A stretch of 64,000 nt of DNA from an uncultured Bordetella sp. (lineage in GTDB: Bacteria > Pseudomonadota > Gammaproteobacteria > Burkholderiales > Burkholderiaceae_C): positions 4,766-68,765 of the forward strand of contig CAZXLI010000003.1 of the NCBI GenBank assembly GCA_964641795.1, in the 5' to 3' direction. Below, in pieces: positions 32,996 through 41,465 of this stretch. Both the position numbers and the translations under genes were made by a program. Under the pieces are notes generated by a model that did no database searches, was not told where the DNA came from, and saw only the letters and a program-made list of their open reading frames with translations. Each line of letters begins with the position of its first letter. The stretch's first letter is position 1.

Positions 32996-33388
32996 ATGAA
33001 GCTGCAGGACCTGCCCGGCGCCGAGACGCGCCCCTGGGGCCACTACGAGGTGCTGGCCACCATGCCGGCGCTGAAGATCAAGCGCATCGTGGTGCAGGCC
33101 GGGCTGCGGCTATCGCTGCAGCGGCACCAACTGCGCCATGAGCACTGGTACGTGGTCGAAGGGCTCGGCGCGGCCGAGGTCGATGCGACGCAGGTGACGC
33201 TGGGGCCTGGCCAGGCGATTGACATCCCGGCGGGCGTCTGGCACCGGCTGAGCAATGCGGCCGACCGGCCTTTGGTGATCATCGAGATCCAGACCGGCAA
33301 CCGGCTGTGCGAATCGGACATCGAGCGTGCCGACGACGACTTCGGCCGTCACCTGCCGGCGCTGCCGCAGCGGGTGCGCTGCGCATGA
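32996..33388 (+). CDS. Stand-alone cupin (mannose-6-phosphate isomerase type II C-terminal-like)
   Basis: RPWG.Y, LSLQRH..R.EHW, HRL.N, IIEIQTG...E.DI.R..DDFGR. Confidence 0.88.
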   Translation: MKLQDLPGAETRPWGHYEVLATMPALKIKRIVVQAGLRLSLQRHQLRHEHWYVVEGLGAAEVDATQVTLGPGQAIDIPAGVWHRLSNAADRPLVIIEIQTGNRLCESDIERADDDFGRHLPALPQRVRCA

Positions 33389-34374
33389 AGCGCCGCGCCT
33401 GCCTGGGCGCGCTGGCGGGCCTGGCCGCTGCCGCGCTGCCGGCCGCGGCCGGCGAGCCGGCGCTGGTGTTCGGGCTGATCACGCCACGCGACACCGAGCG
33501 CACGCTGACCGCCTGGCGGCCCTTCCTGCAGCGCCTGGCGCCGGCGATCGGCCGCGGCATCGAGCCGTGGACGGCGGCCACGCCACAGCAGCTGGTCGAG
33601 GCCTTTGTCGGCGGCCGCGTCGACCTGGCCTGGGTCGGCAATGCGCAGGCGCTGGACATCGTCGAAAGCGGCAGCGGCGAAGTGTTCGCGCAGATGGTCA
33701 CCGGCGACGGCCGCATCGGCTATGAGTCGATCCTGGTGACGCACCGCGACAGCGGCCTGCAGCGGCTGGACGACGTGCAGCGGCCCGGCCGCACGCTGGT
33801 GTTCGGCGACGGCGAGCCGCGCAGCACCTCGGGCCACCTGGTGCCGCTGTACTACGCCTTCGTCAAGCGCGGCATCAGCGAGCCGCAGAGCCTGTTCCGC
33901 GAGGTGCGGCGCGGCAGCCACCGGCAGAACCTGCTGCGCGCCGCGCAGCGCGAGGTCGACGTGGCCACCGCCAACAACGAGGAGCTGGCGCTGTTCGCCG
34001 CCGAGCAACCGGCGCTGGCCGCGCAGCTGCGGGTGATCTGGCGCTCGCCGCCGATCCCGCAGTCGCCGCTGGTGTGGAAGCTGGCGCTGCCGGCGCCGCT
34101 GCGCAAGCGCATCCAGGACGCGGTGGTGCGCTTCGGCCAGCACGACGCAGGCGAGAAGGCCATCCTGCGCGACGTCAACAACCTCGCGGGCTTTCGCGCC
34201 TCGCGCAACCACCAGCTGGTGACAGTGGCCGATGTCGAGATGTTCGCCGCCTGGCAGCGGGTCAACAACGACGACAGCTTGTCGGCCGAACAGAAGCGTG
34301 AGCGCATTGCCGCGATCAGTGCGCGTGCCGCGCGGCTGGAGCTGCGACTGAAACGCGAGACCGGCTGGCACTGA
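33385..34374 (+). CDS. Phosphate/phosphite/phosphonate-binding protein (PhnD-like), no phnCE adjacent
   Basis: FGD..STSGHLVP, SH, DVATANN, IWRSPPIP. Twin-Arg-like signal. Confidence 0.85.
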   Translation: MKRRACLGALAGLAAAALPAAAGEPALVFGLITPRDTERTLTAWRPFLQRLAPAIGRGIEPWTAATPQQLVEAFVGGRVDLAWVGNAQALDIVESGSGEVFAQMVTGDGRIGYESILVTHRDSGLQRLDDVQRPGRTLVFGDGEPRSTSGHLVPLYYAFVKRGISEPQSLFREVRRGSHRQNLLRAAQREVDVATANNEELALFAAEQPALAAQLRVIWRSPPIPQSPLVWKLALPAPLRKRIQDAVVRFGQHDAGEKAILRDVNNLAGFRASRNHQLVTVADVEMFAAWQRVNNDDSLSAEQKRERIAAISARAARLELRLKRETGWH

Positions 34375-34409
34375 ATCAGGGCTTCCTAGAATGGGCGGGT
34401 GAAACCCCC

Positions 34410-34472
34410 CAGCTCACGGCTTTCGTTGCCCCCCGAGGGGGCAGTCGGCACCTTCGGGACGTCCGGGCGGCA
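34410..34472. repeat. Degenerate REP-like palindromic element
   Basis: TGCCCCCCGAGGGGGCA core resembles the C-run/G-run core of the elements at 3383 and 41566. Confidence 0.35.
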
Positions 34473-34475
34473 GGG

Positions 34476-35312
34476 ATGCTGAACCGGACCCAGACCCTGC
34501 TGCCCGCGCTGTCGCCGGCCGAACGCCGCGTCGGCGAATGGCTGCTGGCGCACCCGCAGCAGGCGCTGGCGCAGGACACGCGCACGCTGGCCGCACAGAT
34601 CGGCGTGAGCCAGCCGACGCTGGTGCGCTTCGCGCGCTCACTGGGCTGCGCCGGCTTCGACGATTTCCGCCTGCAATGGGCCCAGGAGATCGGCGCGGCG
34701 CCCGGCCCGGCGCCGGTGACCCTGGCCACGCTGGCCACCAGCCCCAGCCTGGAGGCGCTGGGCCGCGGCGTGTTCGATTTCAGCCTGCAGGCGCTGGCGC
34801 AGGTGCGCGATCGCATCGACCGCCGTGCGCTGGCGCAGGCGGTGCAGCGGCTGGACGAGGCGCGCCGCGTGGTCGTCTGCGGCCAGGGCAATGCGGCGCT
34901 GGTGGCCGCCGAGGCACAGCGCCGGCTGCAGCGCGTGCCGCTGCTGGCACTGGCCTGCGGCGACACCGAGGCGCTGACCGCGCTGGCCCCGGCGCTGACG
35001 CGCGAGGACCTGCTGGTGCTGATCTCGCACGCCGGCCGCACGCCGGCGCTGCTGGCCGCCACTGCCACCGCGCGCGCCGCCGGTGCCACGGTGCTGGCCA
35101 TCACCACCAGCGGCACGCCGCTGGCCGCCGCGGCCACGCTGGCGCTGTGCGCCGACGTGCCCGACAGCGGCGACGCGCTGACGCCGGCCACGGCGCAGCT
35201 GGCCCAGCTGGTGCTGGTGGACGTGCTGCTGCTGGGCGTGGCGCAGGCGCGCGCGGCGCGAGCCGTGCCGGCGGCGCGGCGCACGGCGCGCAAGGCCGCT
35301 CGGCGCGGCTGA
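34476..35312 (+). CDS. RpiR/HexR-family transcriptional regulator (HTH plus SIS)
   Basis: LSPAERRV, VSQPTLVRFARSLG..GF, ISHAGRT SIS motif. Confidence 0.9.
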   Translation: MLNRTQTLLPALSPAERRVGEWLLAHPQQALAQDTRTLAAQIGVSQPTLVRFARSLGCAGFDDFRLQWAQEIGAAPGPAPVTLATLATSPSLEALGRGVFDFSLQALAQVRDRIDRRALAQAVQRLDEARRVVVCGQGNAALVAAEAQRRLQRVPLLALACGDTEALTALAPALTREDLLVLISHAGRTPALLAATATARAAGATVLAITTSGTPLAAAATLALCADVPDSGDALTPATAQLAQLVLVDVLLLGVAQARAARAVPAARRTARKAARRG

Positions 35313-35398
35313 TCGCCACGCGCTTTCGTTTCGCTGTCGCCGCCGGGGCGTGCTTCCTCGCTGGCCGGCCGGCCACCCGCAAGGCAGCATCCTCGACC

Positions 35399-35812
35399 AT
35401 GGACGTGGTGCTGTTCGCGCGTTCGGCAGCCTGGCGTGGCCGCGTCGATCATTGGTTAGGAGCCAAGACCACCGCGCCATGCCTGCATCCGGCGCTGCTG
35501 GCCACCGACGGCTGGCAGCCGGCGGTGCCCGGCACGCTGGTGCTGCTGGCGCTGTCGGCCATCGACGCGGCGATGTTGCGCGCGCTGCACCGGCTGTGGG
35601 CCGCCGAAGCCGGCGCCCATTGCACGCTGTTGAGCCGGCGCGACAGCGCGGTCGAGCGCCGGCTGCAGCAGCTGGCGGGGGCCCCGGCTGGCCTGCGCGC
35701 GGGGCTGTGCGGGCGGCCGCTGCAGCGAATGTCGATCACCACGCTTCTGGCGCTGGAGCGCCACGCGGCCATCAGCCGGCGCCCGGCCGCCGCCGACGAT
35801 CAGAAGCTGTAG
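35399..35812 (+). CDS. Hypothetical protein (possibly a degenerate receiver-like fold)
   Basis: ATG ORF filling the gap with plausible codon usage and alternating beta/alpha pattern. No recognised motif. Confidence 0.45.
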   Translation: MDVVLFARSAAWRGRVDHWLGAKTTAPCLHPALLATDGWQPAVPGTLVLLALSAIDAAMLRALHRLWAAEAGAHCTLLSRRDSAVERRLQQLAGAPAGLRAGLCGRPLQRMSITTLLALERHAAISRRPAAADDQKL

Positions 35813-36978
35813 CGCAGGCCGATGCCGGCGGCGCTGAGCTTCGCGCCGGTGCCGGGGCCGATGCCGCCGCTGTCGAAGTCGTACTTCGCGCGGGCCTGGT
35901 TGCGCAGCTGGCTGACGAAGGCCTCGAGCAGCATGTCCGGGTGGAACTGGTAGTTGTAGGCCAGCACCCATTGCTGCATGCCGGTGTCTCGGCCGTCGCA
36001 GGTGGCGCCATTGGCCAGCGCGCAGCGCAGGTCGCCGGCATGGCCATAACCGCCATAGAACGCGTGGGCGCCGAATTCCTGCTTCGCGCCGATCACCCAG
36101 CCGCTCTTGCGCAGGTTGCGCTTGGCAGTGCCGGTGGCACTGCCGTCGCGCAGGTCCATGCGGTCGACGCCCAGCGCCAGCGTGGTGCCGGTGCCGAGCT
36201 TGTAGCGCAGGCCCAGCCGCGTGTCGCGGTCTTCGGTGTCGCTGGTGCTGCTGTTGTTCAGCGTGCCCTTGTCGTTGCGCAGCTCGTGCGACAGGCGCAG
36301 GTCCAGCGGGCCGTTGACGTACTGCAGCCCCAGGCTCCAGCTGCTGTCGTTGAGGCGCGCGCCACTGCTCACCTGCGCATTGCTCTTGCCCTCGTTGGCA
36401 CTGAAGTAGGCGCGCAGCGAGAGGCCGCCGAAGGGCGCCGATTCGAAGCCGATCGCGTTGTCGAAGCGCACGTTGAACAGGGGCGCGGCCCCGGAATGGC
36501 CGCTGACGCCGGCCAGCGCGGCCTGGTCGTCCTGCGGCCCGGCGCCCGCGGGCGAGAAGTCTGGCGTGCCGGAGTTCCAGCGTGCCGCGGCGGTCAGCCG
36601 GCCCAGCTTGACGGTGCCGACATCCTGGATGCGCAGGCCGATGAACGCGTCCTTCGCGCTGGCCCACAGGCCGCCATTGGTGCCGCCGCTGCCGTTCTCG
36701 ACGCTGACGCCGGTGACGTACTGGAACACGCCGGTCAGCTTGTCGCTCAGCGGCAGCGCGGCCTTGACGCCCAGGTCCGAGCTGACGTTGCTGACGCGCC
36801 AGCGCGCCGGCTTGTCCTGCGCCGGCGTGGCGCCGCCGGTGGCCTGCACGGTTTCGGCCTGCACGTTGGCAGTGCCGAACAGCGAGACCTTGGCCGATTG
36901 GACCGAAGACTGGGCCTGAGCGGTCGGGGCGGCCAGGGCGCAGGCCGCGGCGAGCAGGGAAGGCAGGAAGGGGTTCAT
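35800..36978 (-). CDS. Gram-negative porin
   Basis: Signal peptide, 'KVSLFG', GTVKLGR, RFDNAI, C-terminal 'GIGLRYSF'. RBS GGAG upstream. Confidence 0.92.
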   Translation of the reverse strand: MNPFLPSLLAAACALAAPTAQAQSSVQSAKVSLFGTANVQAETVQATGGATPAQDKPARWRVSNVSSDLGVKAALPLSDKLTGVFQYVTGVSVENGSGGTNGGLWASAKDAFIGLRIQDVGTVKLGRLTAAARWNSGTPDFSPAGAGPQDDQAALAGVSGHSGAAPLFNVRFDNAIGFESAPFGGLSLRAYFSANEGKSNAQVSSGARLNDSSWSLGLQYVNGPLDLRLSHELRNDKGTLNNSSTSDTEDRDTRLGLRYKLGTGTTLALGVDRMDLRDGSATGTAKRNLRKSGWVIGAKQEFGAHAFYGGYGHAGDLRCALANGATCDGRDTGMQQWVLAYNYQFHPDMLLEAFVSQLRNQARAKYDFDSGGIGPGTGAKLSAAGIGLRYSF

Positions 36979-37007
36979 GGTCGTTCTCCTCGGGAAGGCG
37001 ATGCGAA

Positions 37008-37022
37008 TGTATCGGTGATACA
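37008..37022. promoter_or_regulatory. Operator candidate TGTATC-GGT-GATACA
   Basis: Perfect 6-bp inverted repeat (TGTA-N7-TACA) 30 nt upstream of the porin start. Confidence 0.6.
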
Positions 37023-37128
37023 AAATGGCATCGACAAGAGAATCGAGAGCAAAGCCCGACGGCGATCTGAAAGCCGCGTCGGCCGCGCTATCCTCAGCGC
37101 CCACCGTCCTGCCTTGCCGAGTCCCGCC

Positions 37129-37596
37129 ATGAACACCGTGTCCCGCCGCCTCGTCCCGCTGTGCCTGCTGCTGGGTGCCGTCCACCTGACGGCGCAGGCG
37201 GCCAGCGCCTCGGCCTCGTCGGCCTCCGAAGGCTCGTCGGCCTCGGTGGGCAGCGTGTCGACCTCGCTGCGCAAGTCCAGCGACGGCTCGTCCAAGGCCA
37301 CCGGCCTGGCGCAGGGCGACTACCGCATCGTCGAGGTCGCCGCGGTGGCCGGGCAGCCGGATCAGCTGCGCCTGACCTTGCAGGCGGTGGCCGACCCTGG
37401 CGAGGGCGGCCGCGTGTGGCTCGACCTGCCGCAGCAAACGGCCGCGCAGCACGCGCTGGCCGCGGGCCAGGTGGTCAACGCGGCGTACCGGCCCTACGGC
37501 ATCGCGTTCGCGAAGGCCGGGACGCACGAGACCTTTTTCCTGGTGCTCGAGGACGACTGGTACCGCGAGCTGCCGAGCCGGCCCGTCACGCTGTGA
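37129..37596 (+). CDS. Secreted hypothetical protein, Ser-rich N-terminus
   Basis: Signal peptide, ASSASEGSSASVGS, C-terminal FFLVLEDDW. Coupled to the next gene. Confidence 0.75.
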   Translation: MNTVSRRLVPLCLLLGAVHLTAQAASASASSASEGSSASVGSVSTSLRKSSDGSSKATGLAQGDYRIVEVAAVAGQPDQLRLTLQAVADPGEGGRVWLDLPQQTAAQHALAAGQVVNAAYRPYGIAFAKAGTHETFFLVLEDDWYRELPSRPVTL

Positions 37597-38519
37597 GGCG
37601 GCGCGGCGCCGCATGGCGCCGGGCGCTGGCCGCGCTGGGGCTGGCAGCGGCATTCGCGCTGCCGGCGCAGGCCGCCTCGCTGCGCTACTGCGACCGCCCG
37701 CAACCGGCCAGCGCCGCGCAGCAGGACGTGCTGCTGCGCCTGGCCGCGCGCATCCGCGCCGAGCTCGAGGCGGCCGGCCAGCCGGCGGCGCTGCTGTCGC
37801 GCTCGGGGCTGGACCTCAGCCGCTTCGGCCAGCGCTATTCGCATGCCGGCATCAGCCTGCTGGCCAGCCCCAACACGCCGTGGTCGGTGCGCCAGCTGTA
37901 CTACGCCTGCGACGAGGGCCGGCCGCGCTTGTACGACCAGGGCCTGGCCGGCTTCGTCAGCGGCGGCGACGATGCCGAACTCGGCTTCGTGTCGATCGTG
38001 CTGCTGCCGGCCGAGGCGGCGGCGGCACTGGCACGCAGCGCGCTCGACACGCCGCAGGCCATGGCGCTGCTGGGCGGCCGCTACAGCGCCAACGCCTACC
38101 CGTTCAGCACCCGCTACCAGAACTGCAACCAGTGGGTGATGGAGCTGCTGGCCGCGGCCTGGCGCGACCCTGCGGCCGACGCGCCGGCGCCGCTGCCGCG
38201 CGAGGCGGCCCAGCACTGGCTGCGCGCGCAGGGCTTCGCGCCCACGCGCTTCACGCTGGCCAACCGGCTGTGGCTGTGGGCCGCGGCCTTCGTGCCCTGG
38301 GTGCATGACGACGACCATCCGCCCGAGGCGGCGTGGACGCTCCAGTTCGACGTCAGCATGCCGCCGGCGATCGAAGCCTTCGTGCAGGCGCGCTGGCCCG
38401 GCGCGCGGCGCATCGAGTTCTGCCACCGCGGCCGGCAGCTGGTGCTGCACCGCGGCTGGACGCCGCTGGCCGCCGGCTGCGAGCCCGGTGCGGGCGACGA
38501 GGTGATCGCGCTGGAGTAG
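37593..38519 (+). CDS. DUF2145-like secreted protein
   Basis: RSGLDLSRFGQRYSHAG, WSVRQLYYAC, YSANAYPFSTRYQNCNQW. Confidence 0.78.
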   Translation: MRRRGAAWRRALAALGLAAAFALPAQAASLRYCDRPQPASAAQQDVLLRLAARIRAELEAAGQPAALLSRSGLDLSRFGQRYSHAGISLLASPNTPWSVRQLYYACDEGRPRLYDQGLAGFVSGGDDAELGFVSIVLLPAEAAAALARSALDTPQAMALLGGRYSANAYPFSTRYQNCNQWVMELLAAAWRDPAADAPAPLPREAAQHWLRAQGFAPTRFTLANRLWLWAAAFVPWVHDDDHPPEAAWTLQFDVSMPPAIEAFVQARWPGARRIEFCHRGRQLVLHRGWTPLAAGCEPGAGDEVIALE

Positions 38520-38631
38520 CCAGGGTCCGCGACACGCCTGGTCACCGTTGATGCGCTTTGACCCCTGTCGCGAAGCCGCGGCCAGGCCTAAGGTCGGCCG
38601 CTCCGATCAGCCACCATGGGGAGCGCGGCGC

Positions 38632-39870
38632 ATGAAGACGACACAGAGGTGGATTCTGGCCGCGGTGCTGGGGCTGAGCGGCCCGACCCATGCCCTGAAT
38701 TCGGTGCTGGTGGGCTCCGGCTTCGAGCAGCCGGTGTTCCTGACGGCGCCCGCGGGCGATGCGCGGCTGTTCATCGTCGAGAAGACCGGCCGCATCCAGC
38801 TGCTGAGCAACGGCGTGGCATCGACCTACCTCGACCTGCGCGGCATCGTCGACACCGCCGGCGAAGGCGGTCTGCTGGGCCTGGCCTTCGACCCGCAGTT
38901 CGCGAGCAACGGCCGCTTCTATGTCGACTACATCGACAAGACCACGCACAACACGGTGGTGGCGTCCTATACCGCCACGTCAGCGGCCGCGAGCACGGCC
39001 GATGCTGCCTCCGGCAAGCTGATCCTCGGCGTGACGCAGCCGGCCGGGCTGAGCAACCACAAGGCCGGCTGGATCGGCTTCCGCTCGACAGACCCCGGCC
39101 AGCTGTACATCGCCACCGGCGACGGCGGTGGCGGCAACGACCCGAACAACCGTGCGCAGAACCTGGGCGACAACCTCGGCAAGATGCTGCGCGTGACGCC
39201 GCTGGCCGGCGGCGGCTACAGCATCCCGGCCGGCAACCCCTTTGCCGGCGCGACGCCGGGCAACGACGAGATCTGGGCCTACGGCCTGCGCAACCCCTAC
39301 CGCAACAGCTTCGACCGTGCGACCGGCGATTTCTGGATCGCCGACGTCGGCCAGGACAGCCGTGAGGAACTGGACTTCGAGGCCGCGGGCACCGCCGGTG
39401 GCCGCAACTACGGCTGGCGCGCCCGCGAAGGCTCGATCGACAACCCGGCGGTGCCCGACCCGGCACCGCCCGGCGCGATCGACCCGTTCTACGACTACCC
39501 GCACGGGGCGATGGGCGGCACCATCATCGGCGGCTATGTCTACCGCGGCAGCGGCGAGGCAGGGCTCGACGGCAGCTACTTCTTCGGTGACTTCAACTCC
39601 GGCAAGATCTTCTCGCTGCGCAACGCGGGCGGGGTGGTGGGCAGCTTCACCGAGCGCACCGCCGAACTCGGCGCGCTGTTCGGCGGCTTCACGCTCAGCG
39701 CCTTCGGCGAGGACGGGCTGGGCAACCTGTACGTGATGGGGCTGGACGGCAACGTCTACCGCTTTGCCAATGCGGTGCCGGAGCCGGCGGCCTGGGCGCT
39801 GATGGCGGCCGGGCTGGCGCTGCTGGCGTGGCGGCGCCGGTTCATGATGGCCGCCACGTTGGTGCGTTAG
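38632..39870 (+). CDS. PQQ-dependent glucose/sorbosone dehydrogenase family protein with PEP-CTERM tail
   Basis: GEGGLLGLAFDP, NH..G.I.F, LYIATGDGG, EIWAYGLRNP, DVGQ. C-terminal VPEPAAWALM...LAWRRR. Confidence 0.9.
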   Translation: MKTTQRWILAAVLGLSGPTHALNSVLVGSGFEQPVFLTAPAGDARLFIVEKTGRIQLLSNGVASTYLDLRGIVDTAGEGGLLGLAFDPQFASNGRFYVDYIDKTTHNTVVASYTATSAAASTADAASGKLILGVTQPAGLSNHKAGWIGFRSTDPGQLYIATGDGGGGNDPNNRAQNLGDNLGKMLRVTPLAGGGYSIPAGNPFAGATPGNDEIWAYGLRNPYRNSFDRATGDFWIADVGQDSREELDFEAAGTAGGRNYGWRAREGSIDNPAVPDPAPPGAIDPFYDYPHGAMGGTIIGGYVYRGSGEAGLDGSYFFGDFNSGKIFSLRNAGGVVGSFTERTAELGALFGGFTLSAFGEDGLGNLYVMGLDGNVYRFANAVPEPAAWALMAAGLALLAWRRRFMMAATLVR

Positions 39871-41207
39871 GTCGGGGCTGGCAGGCGCTGGAACAGCGCC
39901 ATCAGCTTGTCGCCGCGCGCCGGGTTCAGTTGGCGCGCCCAGGCGATATGGCCCAGCAGTTCGGCGCGCTGCTCGGCGGTCGGGCCGCCGTGCAGCGCCT
40001 GCTGGTGCAGCCGGGCCTTCAGCCGGTCGAAAGCCTCGCGCGGCAGGTTGGGGTGCTGGTTCAGCACCACGCCGCCCGCGCATTGGCGGCGGTGCTGCGG
40101 CTGGCAGCGTGTCTTGCGCGGATGCAGCCGGAAACCCTCGTCCTCGGCGATGCCGGCAACCCAGCCGGCGAAGCGCGGCAGGCCCGCCCGCAGCGCCGCC
40201 GGGCCGGAAAACACCAGGTCGTCGGCATAACGCGTGTAGTGCGCGTCCCAGGCCTCGGCCAGGCCGGCCAGGCGCAGGTCGAGGTTGAAGCAGCACAGGT
40301 TGGCCAGCGCCGGCGAGCTGGGCGCGCCCTGCGGCAGGTGCGGCGCGGCCAGCCGCCGCGCGCCGTCGGCATCGAGCACGCCCTCGGCCAGCAGCGTGCG
40401 GCGCAGCGCCAGCGGCGTGCGTGAACAGCACAGTGTCGTCAGGCTGCGGGCCACGCCGCCGGGGTAGCCCAGCGTGCGCCACAGCGCGTGGATGCGCGAG
40501 GCGCGGATGGACGGGAAGAAGTCGCGCAGGTCGAAGCGCAGCAGCACCGCATGGCCAGCATGCACCTCGGCCTGCTGGCGTACGCCGCGGCCGGTGACGT
40601 AGGCCATCGCCGCCTCGTGCACCGGCAGGCGGGCCAGCAGGTTTTCATGCAGGCGGCGCTGCGCGAGCTTCAGCAGCGGCCGTGGCGCTTCGATCAGGCG
40701 CTGGCCGCCGCTGGCCTTGGGCTGCAGCAGCGGGCGGTAGTGCCAGGGCGGTGCGGGGCGGCCGTCGACCGGGTCGCGCCAGCGCTGGCTCTCGGCGGTG
40801 AGCCAGCTCAACTGCGCGGCGCTGAGGCCCAGCCAGTCGGCCAGGTCCTCGTGGGTCGCCAGCGGCGGCAGATCGAGCGCATGCAGGCCCAGCGGCGGCG
40901 GCGTGACGCGTGCGGGCCGCAGCAGCCAGCGGCGGATGCCGGGCGGGTGGTGGTCCGGTGTGCTGGCGTCGAAGGCGGCGTCGAAGGCCGGCAGGGTGGC
41001 CAGGTGCGCGGCCAGTTCGGCCAGGTCACGCTGCCTCAACAGCCGCGGCGGCAGTGCCTTGATCAGCAGCCGCAGCCAGGCCGGCTGCTCCCCGAGTGCC
41101 GCGCTGGCACGCGCCAGCAGCGCAGCGGGTTCGCAGGCACCGGGCTGCTCGGCGTCGGCCAGCAGCGCATGCGCCAGGCCGCGCGCGAGGGCATCGCGCT
41201 GGTTCAA
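39867..41207 (-). CDS. Retron-type reverse transcriptase with long N-terminal extension
   Basis: PK.SGG.R.I.AP...LK..Q, DLRDFFPSI, LPQGAPSSPALAN, YTRYADDLVFS, GFRLHPRKT. TTG start with GGGAGG RBS. Confidence 0.92.
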   Translation of the reverse strand: MNQRDALARGLAHALLADAEQPGACEPAALLARASAALGEQPAWLRLLIKALPPRLLRQRDLAELAAHLATLPAFDAAFDASTPDHHPPGIRRWLLRPARVTPPPLGLHALDLPPLATHEDLADWLGLSAAQLSWLTAESQRWRDPVDGRPAPPWHYRPLLQPKASGGQRLIEAPRPLLKLAQRRLHENLLARLPVHEAAMAYVTGRGVRQQAEVHAGHAVLLRFDLRDFFPSIRASRIHALWRTLGYPGGVARSLTTLCCSRTPLALRRTLLAEGVLDADGARRLAAPHLPQGAPSSPALANLCCFNLDLRLAGLAEAWDAHYTRYADDLVFSGPAALRAGLPRFAGWVAGIAEDEGFRLHPRKTRCQPQHRRQCAGGVVLNQHPNLPREAFDRLKARLHQQALHGGPTAEQRAELLGHIAWARQLNPARGDKLMALFQRLPAPT

Positions 41208-41242
41208 TCCGCCTCCCTCGAGTGGGTGTGAACGAGGTGGCG

Positions 41243-41409
41243 ACCAGCCGTGTCAACTGCGGGTGATGCGCGTGGATCCGTGCGCTGCAAGCGCACCGCG
41301 TTCCCGCGCGCCGTGAGGCCTGGGTGCTGACTGCGCCGCGGGGGTCGCCCCGCGGCCCGGTTTCGTGCGACGAATCGCCTGCCACCGGTGAATGCTTGGC
41401 ACGGCTGGT
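41243..41409 (-). ncRNA. Retron msr-msd non-coding RNA
   Basis: a1/a2 inverted repeats 41396-41409 and 41243-41256 (13/14 pairs). G at 41395 directly after the 5' arm. Stem-loops at 41357-41389 and 41335-41356, msd hairpin at 41268-41309. Lies immediately upstream of the RT. Confidence 0.8.
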
Positions 41410-41465
41410 GCCGCGGCGGATCTTAGCGGCTCGCGCTGCGTGGCCGCTGCGCTTGCGTGTCAGCC

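Noticed and set aside
39867-41207. RT as a group II intron, DGR or CRISPR-associated RT
   Set aside because: No maturase/endonuclease extension or intron domain V/VI seen. No template/variable repeat pair or Avd gene. The motif is QGAPSSP rather than the DGR-type GNLTSQ. No cas genes. The upstream a1/a2 structure fits a retron.
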